Positions 8,894-15,567 of a DNA stretch of 64,000 nucleotides are shown in pieces. Numbering within the stretch: the first letter of the stretch is position 1; each line of letters begins with the position of its first letter. The stretch lies in assembly GCA_021735655.1 (NCBI GenBank), contig JAIPGM010000002.1, positions 258,747-322,746 on the forward strand, in the 5' to 3' direction. The notes beneath the pieces were generated by a model. That model saw only the letters and a list, made by a program, of their open reading frames with translations. It searched no databases and was not told where the DNA came from. Origin of the DNA: Candidatus Omnitrophota bacterium (lineage in GTDB: Bacteria > Omnitrophota > Gorgyraeia > Duberdicusellales > 4484-171). Both the position numbers and the translations under genes were made by a program.

Positions 8894-9127
8894 TTACATC
8901 AAAGTTACTGCTTCTTGAATGAATGGTAAGATTGCTTCAGCTTCTTCTTTAGAAACTCTTCCTAAACGGGTAAGCCTAAAGTCACCGTTTGAATCCCGAT
9001 TTTCGCGGGTAATTTGCAACTTCTTAGCACCTTTGTTGTAAGAAAATACCCCGACTGTGACTTTTGTTGTTTCTGATTCCCAAGATTTAGAAAAAATCTT
9101 CTCGTCTAAATTGCTATCGTATGGCAT
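8894..9127 (-). CDS. Small hypothetical protein, possibly PC4/YdbC-like
   Basis: 77-aa ORF. Its size and beta-rich pattern are loosely reminiscent of YdbC/PC4-type ssDNA-binding proteins. This is a weak call. Confidence 0.45.
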   Translation of the reverse strand: MPYDSNLDEKIFSKSWESETTKVTVGVFSYNKGAKKLQITRENRDSNGDFRLTRLGRVSKEEAEAILPFIQEAVTLM

Positions 9128-9176
9128 ATGCCCTCCTTTTTAACCGATTTATTATATCACATAATTTACAATTCGA

Positions 9177-9896
9177 CTATTCCTGTGCCGAATGAGTTGT
9201 ATGTTTTTCAACAAAAAGTACTATTTTTTCTTGAATTTCAGGATTTATGTCATTAAATTCAAGCCCCATACCGGGAAAATCTTCCGGCTGTATCTCTTGG
9301 TCAGAAATCCAGACTATTTTAGCATCAACTTCAAGTGTACCTGGTTCAGGAATTAGGTGTATTCGAGTATGTAATAAATCACCCATTGAAAATAATTTTT
9401 GGGCAGCTACAAAAACTCCATCCCCGCTTAAATTGATAATTTTTCCGCTATAGAACTCATCTTGACTAGAAAACTTCTGTCGGTATTCAATACTGGAGTT
9501 AAACGGTATTCGTTTAAAGCGTCGACGAAACTGACTGTCTGATGACTCAATGATATTCTTTTCTTCCTTAATCTTCTTTATCGCATGATCTTCGGTAACA
9601 TGATATTCAAAGATTCGATCTAAACCTACGATTGAAAATAATTTCATTACATGGGAGGGAACATTGCATAGCTTCATTGCTCCCTGATGATTCGATACAT
9701 TTTTATAAATTACGGCAATAAGTGATATGCCTACATAATCAATTAAATTAACACCTTCAAAATTACAAATGACGTTCTTGGATTTATTACTAAGAACCCA
9801 GCCAACAGTTTCAACAAAATTAGAGGCATTGATATCAATATTCCCTTCTAGGTCCAAAATGGCCATGCCCTCTTTTTCACGAATATCTATCTTCAT
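9177..9896 (-). CDS. STAS (anti-sigma-factor antagonist) - PilZ fusion protein
   Basis: The N-terminal ~110 aa is a STAS/SpoIIAA-like fold (MAILDLEGNIDINAS...NLIDYVGISLI...KLCNVPSHVMKLFSIVGLDRIF). The C-terminal PilZ domain has both c-di-GMP motifs, RRxxxR (RRRFKR) and (D/N)xSxxG (NLSGDG). Confidence 0.85.
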   Translation of the reverse strand: MKIDIREKEGMAILDLEGNIDINASNFVETVGWVLSNKSKNVICNFEGVNLIDYVGISLIAVIYKNVSNHQGAMKLCNVPSHVMKLFSIVGLDRIFEYHVTEDHAIKKIKEEKNIIESSDSQFRRRFKRIPFNSSIEYRQKFSSQDEFYSGKIINLSGDGVFVAAQKLFSMGDLLHTRIHLIPEPGTLEVDAKIVWISDQEIQPEDFPGMGLEFNDINPEIQEKIVLFVEKHTTHSAQE

Positions 9897-9940
9897 TTGT
9901 CTCGACGAAATTACCCCTCTAGGGATTTGGTTAAGTTACC

Positions 9941-10675
9941 TTAGACAATTATGCTCAGAATTGCTACTAAAATACAGTAATAACCAAAAATAGCAAATTT
10001 CTCAGATTTTAGCACTTTTTTGACTATTTTCAAAGCTAAAAATCCTGAAGCAAATGCGGCCACAAAACCTCCACTAGCAGCCAAAATTGACATATTTAAG
10101 TCGGGTAGCTCCTTCATTTTTAGCAAAAATGCCCCTAAGGTAACTGGGATCATCATTAAAAACGAGGTCGTAAACGCCTCTTTTGGTTTAAAACCCCTAC
10201 CGATCAATCCAACGATAGTAATCCCTGAACGAGATATCCCTGGAAATATAGCTAAGCCCTGCAATAACCCGATAAATAATGATTCTTTTGTGGTAACAGT
10301 ATCATAATTTCGCTGTCCGAAAACTTTTTTCATACTAAGCAAAATTAGACCATTTATGATGAGAAGTAAACCAATCCAAAGTTTATTTTCAAAAAAACCA
10401 ACTAAAAAAGTGTTAATAGCTAGGCCAATTATTGCAGTAACTAGGGTAGTTATCCCTAATTGAATCAAAATCCTTCTTTTAGACAAAACTGACAATATGT
10501 CTCGACGTAAAAAAATAACGACTGCCAACAAAGTTGCTAAATGAAGAAGAACAAAGAAAGGAAGTAAATTTTGGCTAAAAGACAAAAGTCTTTTTATGAT
10601 ATAAAGATGTCCGGAGCTACTTATTGGAAGGAATTCAGTTAATCCTTGAGTAATGCCCAAAGCTATGGTTTTCAC
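9941..10675 (-). CDS. uppP: Undecaprenyl-diphosphate phosphatase
   Basis: 244 aa polytopic membrane protein with the BacA/UppP signatures LTEFLPISSSGHL and PGISRSG. Confidence 0.9.
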   Translation of the reverse strand: MKTIALGITQGLTEFLPISSSGHLYIIKRLLSFSQNLLPFFVLLHLATLLAVVIFLRRDILSVLSKRRILIQLGITTLVTAIIGLAINTFLVGFFENKLWIGLLLIINGLILLSMKKVFGQRNYDTVTTKESLFIGLLQGLAIFPGISRSGITIVGLIGRGFKPKEAFTTSFLMMIPVTLGAFLLKMKELPDLNMSILAASGGFVAAFASGFLALKIVKKVLKSEKFAIFGYYCILVAILSIIV

Positions 10676-10679
10676 TAAA

Positions 10680-11375
10680 TTAACCCTTTAAAAGAAGATA
10701 AAGCAAAGCGCCAAAAATAATTATACCAATAGCCAGTATGGTATATTCAAGAATCCCTGCCTTGCTTTTATTAAGTGGGATATCATCTAACACAAATTCC
10801 TCTTCAGGTTCGCTAACCGGTGTTTTTTTCGGCTCTGGCTCCGGTTCTGGTTCTGGCTCGGGAAGAATTTCCTCTTTTTCTGGTTCGGCCAAAGTTTCAG
10901 CGGGAACTGGCTCAATATTTTCGGAAGGCTTTCCTTGATTAGACTCTGGTTCCAAAGAAGCCAAGGCCTCTTCGGTTTTTTCAGGAACAATTTCAGTTAT
11001 CTCCTCAGAAACAACTGGCGTTTCTTTAATTTCTGGCTCTGGTTCTATAGCTGGTATCTCTGAAGAAATATCAGCTGCACCAGGCACATATTCCATATCC
11101 TCTCTTGGCTCAACCGGCAAAGCCGGTTCAGGAGCTAACTCTGGTTGAATCTCTGGAACTTCTTTTTCAACTGAAGGTGTTATTACTGGCTCTGGCTGAG
11201 CTTCTTCTGATTTTACCGATTCTTCGTCAATAGCCAACTTATCCATGAGTTCGCCTAAAGTACTCCGACAATCATGGCAAACACAAAGATGCTCTTCAAC
11301 ATTTTTTATTTCATCTTCATTCGCAGTGTGATTAAAATATTTAGGAATTATAATTTTAATTTCTTCGCAGTCCAT
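10680..11375 (-). CDS. zf-HC2 anti-sigma-factor-like protein with a P/E-rich repeat region and C-terminal TM helix
   Basis: The N-terminus has H-x3-C-x2-C (EEHLCVCHDCRSTL). A long PE-rich low-complexity stretch includes (PE)n. The C-terminal hydrophobic helix is ILAIGIIIFGALLYLLL. Confidence 0.7.
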   Translation of the reverse strand: MDCEEIKIIIPKYFNHTANEDEIKNVEEHLCVCHDCRSTLGELMDKLAIDEESVKSEEAQPEPVITPSVEKEVPEIQPELAPEPALPVEPREDMEYVPGAADISSEIPAIEPEPEIKETPVVSEEITEIVPEKTEEALASLEPESNQGKPSENIEPVPAETLAEPEKEEILPEPEPEPEPEPKKTPVSEPEEEFVLDDIPLNKSKAGILEYTILAIGIIIFGALLYLLLKG

Positions 11376-11414
11376 ACAGCCTCTCCTTTTTTTAAGGATA
11401 TATGATTTTGTAAT

Positions 11415-11442
11415 ATTATAGCATAGAGAGACCCTATCGCAA
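11415..11442 (-). promoter_or_regulatory. Sigma-70-type promoter upstream of the anti-sigma-like/uppP/STAS-PilZ genes
   Basis: Minus strand reads TTGCGA (11442..11437), a 16 nt spacer, then TATAAT (11420..11415). A GGAGAG Shine-Dalgarno sequence precedes the ATG at 11375. Confidence 0.4.
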
Positions 11443-11484
11443 GAAAATATTTTAACCAGAGAGGTTATTTAACTTAAAATAGCC

Positions 11485-13455
11485 CTAAAAGCTTACTTTA
11501 CAACCGGCAAAGAAGTTTCTTTCTGGAGAAGGATAAAGTCCTCGCGTGGTACCGGTAAGATTAGTTGCAGCGTACTCACTGTAAAGTTCGTTAAATAAAT
11601 TATTAACACCGGCAAAAAGCTCTAACTTTTTTCCGGTATAACTTAATTTTATATTAGTTGTGTTGTAACTTTTTAACTTAGGGCTGATATTATTAAGATC
11701 ATTAATTAAATAAACTTTATCTCGATAAAGATAATCAGCAAAAAATGAAAAGCGTTCAAAAAAATCATATTTTACCGAAGCTGTAAGCATAGCCTTAGGA
11801 ACGAAAGGAACTTCCTTTCCAGCGTAAACACCGCCACGGAATTTCGCATCGATAAAGCGATAGCCGAGAGTAAACTTTGTATTGTCAAATGGGGTAAGGG
11901 TTGTAGTGAGATTCGCACCTTGACGACGAATTTTACTATAATTTTCGTTAGCGAACGTCCCTGGGTTGTAGTATATTTCGTTATTAACATTCATTTGAAA
12001 ATAATCCAAAGATGTGGTTAAAAAGTCAGTTAAACGCATATTGGCCCCCAAACTTATAGTTTTAGAACGTTGTGGTTTTAAATTTGTATTAATTGCTGCA
12101 GCCGGCCAAGTAACTAAGTATTCATCGGTCTTACCGACCCTCAAACCTCGCGAAAAATTAAGATAAATATTACTTTCGTTATCGATTTTATAGTTAAGTC
12201 CAGTTTCATACAAGCCTTCTCGAAAATTCAATCCATCATCAGTGCTTGTAGAACCAAAATAATCAAAAGTAAACTTTTCTTTTTGCACCCTAGCCCCTAA
12301 ATGCCCAGCAAGTTTTTCATTAAAGCTAATTTCATCCTGTAAAAACCAAGCTAGGCTCTGTCGATCAATGTCAGTAGCCGCGCTTGAGGTATCAGCTGAT
12401 AAATCCGAACTATAAAATTCAAATCCGGCAATTAGCTCTTGTTGAATTCCTCTAGTATCAAAAGACAATAATAGTTGTGGCCGCGCTTGAAAATTAGTTA
12501 TATGTTTGTCAGTAGACATGCTATAAGAAAGTAAATCCTCCAACTCATTTCGGTTACGATAAAATAAATCAACTGAAGCAATCAGCTCAGGTGAAAACTC
12601 GTTTTTAATAGTTAAGCCTAAAGTATTATCCTCTCGTTGATAGTTATTTAAAGGAGTTGTTGAGTCACGACGTGAAGTTCCAGCTAACCGTTCAGCTTCG
12701 GTTATATCATCTGGCAATCCATAGATATATTCGTGATGAGTCAAGTCAGCACTTATCTCTAACTGTTCGGTAGGCCTAGAGTTTAGTTCTATTGAGCTGT
12801 ATTTTGAGCGGTAATGACTATTTTGACGATAACCACTTGTTGAATGGTACTCAGAAAATGTGCGAAACGATAAAAGGTCTTCTCCACCTGAGGCTGAAAT
12901 AGACTCTTTGGTCGAGCGGTAACTTCCGGCTTCAAAGTTAACTTCAACTGAAAGATCCTTAGCTTGAGGATCTTTTGAAATAATATTAACTATTCCTCCG
13001 GCAGCACCCTCTCCATACAGGACAACTCCGCCACCCCGGATTACTTCTATTCGTTCAACATTTTTTAAGGGCAACTCAGTCCAGTTAACTCCGCTCATAT
13101 CGATTTCATTAATTTTTCGACCATTCACTAAAACCAGCATGTTTGATGCAGCATTATCACCAAAACCCATCATATCAACAGTTGTCTTAACGTTAGTTCC
13201 GTAATAATCGCTGACGTGTAACGACGGAACATTTCTTAAGAAATCAATTACTGTGCTTGATCCGCTAGCCTTGATATGTTTCTCGGTATATACTTTGGTC
13301 GCATAAGGAGTTTCAGAAATTGTTGTTTCTTCTACTCCGGCATAAGGAGTTACTACTATTTGCTCTAAATCTATTTGTCCTTGCGCCAACAAAGGACTTA
13401 ATGATCCAAATTGAATAGTCAAAAATAATATTAAAAATACAAAACACCTTTTCAT
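11485..13455 (-). CDS. TonB-dependent outer-membrane receptor (BtuB-like, under cobalamin riboswitch control)
   Basis: Signal peptide, then a plug domain (VVTPY...; IEVIRGGGVVLYGEGAAGGIVNII), a long beta-barrel and a C-terminal aromatic residue (KVSF). Start moved to the ATG at 13455 (MKRCFVFLIL), which follows an AAAGGAGGGGG Shine-Dalgarno sequence. The tracked 5' extension overlaps a terminator hairpin. Confidence 0.85.
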   Translation of the reverse strand: MKRCFVFLILFLTIQFGSLSPLLAQGQIDLEQIVVTPYAGVEETTISETPYATKVYTEKHIKASGSSTVIDFLRNVPSLHVSDYYGTNVKTTVDMMGFGDNAASNMLVLVNGRKINEIDMSGVNWTELPLKNVERIEVIRGGGVVLYGEGAAGGIVNIISKDPQAKDLSVEVNFEAGSYRSTKESISASGGEDLLSFRTFSEYHSTSGYRQNSHYRSKYSSIELNSRPTEQLEISADLTHHEYIYGLPDDITEAERLAGTSRRDSTTPLNNYQREDNTLGLTIKNEFSPELIASVDLFYRNRNELEDLLSYSMSTDKHITNFQARPQLLLSFDTRGIQQELIAGFEFYSSDLSADTSSAATDIDRQSLAWFLQDEISFNEKLAGHLGARVQKEKFTFDYFGSTSTDDGLNFREGLYETGLNYKIDNESNIYLNFSRGLRVGKTDEYLVTWPAAAINTNLKPQRSKTISLGANMRLTDFLTTSLDYFQMNVNNEIYYNPGTFANENYSKIRRQGANLTTTLTPFDNTKFTLGYRFIDAKFRGGVYAGKEVPFVPKAMLTASVKYDFFERFSFFADYLYRDKVYLINDLNNISPKLKSYNTTNIKLSYTGKKLELFAGVNNLFNELYSEYAATNLTGTTRGLYPSPERNFFAGCKVSF

Positions 13456-13487
13456 ACTACCCCCTCCTTTAAAACTAATCTTAAAAT

Positions 13488-13516
13488 AAAAAAACCCTAT
13501 ACCTTCTGGTATAGGG
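13488..13516 (-). terminator. Intrinsic terminator/attenuator hairpin just upstream of the receptor RBS
   Basis: Minus strand CCCUAUACC-AGAA-GGUAUAGGG (a 9-bp perfect stem) followed by U7. Confidence 0.6.
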
Positions 13517-13544
13517 TGCACCCTGATTTACTTGGCCCTAAAAT

Positions 13545-13790
13545 AAAAAAATTCAGGTAATGTTTCCACGCAAAACCTAAACTTTGCTTCTTACGGCAGG
13601 TCTTCTGACTTCCCTACATCTTTTAGCTACCTTCCCACCTGCATTTTAAAACAGATAGTGGTTTAAATCGCTAAAAGGGCCCTAAAATTATCTCTAGGGG
13701 TCGGGATCACAGCACCGGGAGTGTCTCCGATTCTCACGGAGTTCCCTATTAAGCTCCTTTTGAGCACCGTAAAATTAGCTACTTTTATAC
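13545..13790 (-). promoter_or_regulatory. Cobalamin (B12) riboswitch with terminator expression platform
   Basis: The minus-strand RNA contains GGUGCUCAAAAGGAGCUUAAUAGGGAACUCCGUGAGAAUCGGAG...GCUGU and a B12-box-like ACCACUAUCUG...GCAGGUGGGAAGGUAGC. It ends in the hairpin UUUAGGU...ACCUGAA (13581..13552) followed by U7 (13551..13545). Confidence 0.8.
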
Positions 13791-13803
13791 AAAGAACATC
13801 TGT

Positions 13804-13831
13804 ATTATAACTTACAACTTTAACCTGTCAA
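13804..13831 (-). promoter_or_regulatory. Consensus sigma-70 promoter for the cobalamin riboswitch transcript
   Basis: Minus strand reads TTGACA (13831..13826), a 16 nt spacer, then TATAAT (13809..13804). Confidence 0.55.
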
Positions 13832-13974
13832 CATAAATAGCTCTTCATTTTCGCTAATTTCAAGGCTTTAATTTTACTGAAACTACTTTCAGCAAAGTTA
13901 AAAACTACCTTGAAATATGCATATAAATATGTTATATTTTCCTGAATCGCTAATATATTTAAATAGCAATAACT

Positions 13975-14127
13975 ATGAAAAAATCATTTACTTTAATCGA
14001 ACTCATTGTAATTATGATAATCACCGCTCTCCTAACGATCATTATTAAGCCTCGGGTTTTTATAAGCGCAGAAAAAGCCTATATGGGGCAAAAAAATAAA
14101 GCCTTCTTCCTTTCATCTTTCCAATAA
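13975..14127 (+). CDS. Mini pilin-like peptide with a prepilin-type N-terminal methylation motif (50 aa)
   Basis: Translation is MKKSFTLIELIVIMIITALLTIIIKPRVFISAEKAYMGQKNKAFFLSSFQ*. FTLIEL plus a hydrophobic helix is the class III (type IV pilin) signal, with Ser instead of Gly at -1. Too short for the ORF track, and no clear Shine-Dalgarno sequence. Confidence 0.4.
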   Translation: MKKSFTLIELIVIMIITALLTIIIKPRVFISAEKAYMGQKNKAFFLSSFQ

Positions 14128-14146
14128 AATGACCGATTTTAAAACA

Positions 14147-14219
14147 TGCCCCCATCCCGACTCGAACGGGAATTTCAGCCTTAGGAGGGCCGCGCTCTAT
14201 CCTGTTGAGCTATAGGGGC
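14147..14219 (-). tRNA. tRNA-Arg (anticodon CCU)
   Basis: The 73-nt sequence GCCCCUAUAGCUCAACAGGAUAGAGCGCGGCCCUCCUAAGGCUGAAAUUCCCGUUCGAGUCGGGAUGGGGGCA folds by hand into a cloverleaf. It has a 7-bp acceptor stem, GCUC/GAGC D stem, CGGCC/GGCUG anticodon stem, loop CU-CCU-AA and T loop UUCGAGU. CCA is not encoded. Confidence 0.9.
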
Positions 14220-14228
14220 GACGAATGG

Positions 14229-14741
14229 TTAGTATTTGATGAGGGAATAAACTGGATAGTCTATAATCTTGTCTTTACCTTTAAGGCCAACAAGCTCGAT
14301 TAAAAAAGCAATACCAACAATCTCGGCCTTGAGTTCTTTTGCTAGATTAACCATAGCATTAGCAGTTCCGCCAATTGCCAGTAAATCGTCTAGGATTAAG
14401 ACCTTAGCTCCTTCAGGGAAAGCATCCTTGTGAATTTCTAAGGAGTCCTCTCCGTACTCTAAAGCATAAGTATGACTATGAGTCTCAGCCGGAAGCTTTC
14501 CCGGTTTTCTGACCGGGACAAAACCACAACCTAATTTATAAGCCAATGCTCCACCAAAAATAAAACCGCGAGATTCAGCAGCCACAATATAGTCAAACTG
14601 AAGATCTTTAAGTAATTCTGCCAATTGATCAATCGCCAATCTAAAAGCCTCTTTATTATTCAATAATGTAGTAATGTCACGAAACAAAATACCTTTCCTA
14701 GGGAAGTCAGGAATAGCCCTTATGTATTTGCTAAGTTCCAT
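14229..14741 (-). CDS. apt: Adenine phosphoribosyltransferase
   Basis: 170 aa. IPDFPRKGILFRDITTLL at the N-terminus and the PRPP-binding motif VLILDDLLAIGGTA. Confidence 0.9.
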   Translation of the reverse strand: MELSKYIRAIPDFPRKGILFRDITTLLNNKEAFRLAIDQLAELLKDLQFDYIVAAESRGFIFGGALAYKLGCGFVPVRKPGKLPAETHSHTYALEYGEDSLEIHKDAFPEGAKVLILDDLLAIGGTANAMVNLAKELKAEIVGIAFLIELVGLKGKDKIIDYPVYSLIKY

Positions 14742-15559
14742 TACTCTACCTCCCTTTTTCGCTCTTCTTGAGTATACTTACGTAATTTCTTTAAAGCTTC
14801 TTGCTCGATTTGTCTTACTCGTTCTCGAGATACATTTAAAACACTCGCCACCTCGGCTAAAGTATGCGGTCGACCATCAGTTATTCCAAAGCGTAGATCA
14901 AGCACCGACTTCTCACGGTCACCAATCGAAGTAAGTAGCTGCTTGACTCTTTCTTTAGTAAAAGCCATCTCAACGTTAGCTTCGGTGTCGGCATATTCGC
15001 TACTCTCGATAAAATCACTTAATTGTGATTCGCCTTCGCTTCCTACCGGGGCCTCAAGCGAGGATTTTTTCTGAGACCAAAGTTCAATCTCAGAAATTTT
15101 ATCAACTTTCATCTTTAGCTTTTTAGAAAGCTCAAGTCTAGTTGGTTCGCGACCATTTTTTTGACGTAACTGCTCGCAAGCTTTCTTATACTTTGATTGT
15201 AGCTCACTCATATATACCGGAATGCGAATAGTTTTACCTTGATCGATTAAAGATCTCGTTACGGCTTGGCGTATCCACCAAGCAGCGTAAGTTGAAAAGC
15301 GGTAGCCTCTGCGAGTATCGAATTTGTCGATCGCCCGCATAAGACCAATATTTCCTTCAGCAATTAAATCCATCAAGGTGAGATTAAAGTGACTGTAGTG
15401 TTTAGAAATATTTACCACTAATTTTAAATTACAATTAATTACTTTACGACGAGCATCTCGGCTGCCTTTTTTTGCCTTTTGAATTAAATCTATCTCTTCT
15501 TTTTTAGTAAGCAGCGGTAGATCTTTGATTCTTTCTAAATAGGCTTTAATTGCGTCCAT
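14741..15559 (-). CDS. RNA polymerase sigma factor, sigma-70 family (RpoD/RpoS-like, compact 272 aa)
   Basis: Region 2 (IAEGNIGLMRAIDKFDTRRGYRFSTYAAWWIRQAV), region 3, and the region 4 helix-turn-helix (TLAEVASVLNVSRERVRQIEQEALKKLR). Confidence 0.85.
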   Translation of the reverse strand: MDAIKAYLERIKDLPLLTKKEEIDLIQKAKKGSRDARRKVINCNLKLVVNISKHYSHFNLTLMDLIAEGNIGLMRAIDKFDTRRGYRFSTYAAWWIRQAVTRSLIDQGKTIRIPVYMSELQSKYKKACEQLRQKNGREPTRLELSKKLKMKVDKISEIELWSQKKSSLEAPVGSEGESQLSDFIESSEYADTEANVEMAFTKERVKQLLTSIGDREKSVLDLRFGITDGRPHTLAEVASVLNVSRERVRQIEQEALKKLRKYTQEERKREVE

Positions 15560-15567
15560 AGTATTTT

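Noticed and set aside
10738-10990. ORFs 10738..10938 (+) and 10787..10990 (-), and a short-period DNA repeat (ggctct/ggctcc/ggttct...) around 10820..10870.
   Set aside because: These are alternative-frame and antisense readings of the region that encodes the (PE)n spacer of the zf-HC2 protein. The periodicity is a codon-level repeat, not a CRISPR array or satellite, because there are no spacers and no repeat-spacer alternation.
11772-11990. Same-strand out-of-frame ORFs nested in large genes: 11772..11990, 16929..17165, 19286..19486, 19888..20151 and 52249..52434.
   Set aside because: They are fully contained in well-supported genes (TonB receptor, ppdK, glyQS, DUF1318-like, waaA) in other frames, and show no motifs or start-site signals.
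13456-13521. The 22-codon N-terminal extension of the TonB-dependent receptor ORF (MHPIPEGIGFFYFKISFKGGGS).
   Set aside because: It would be translated through a perfect 9-bp terminator hairpin with a U7 tract. The internal ATG at 13455 has a strong Shine-Dalgarno sequence and begins a proper signal peptide.
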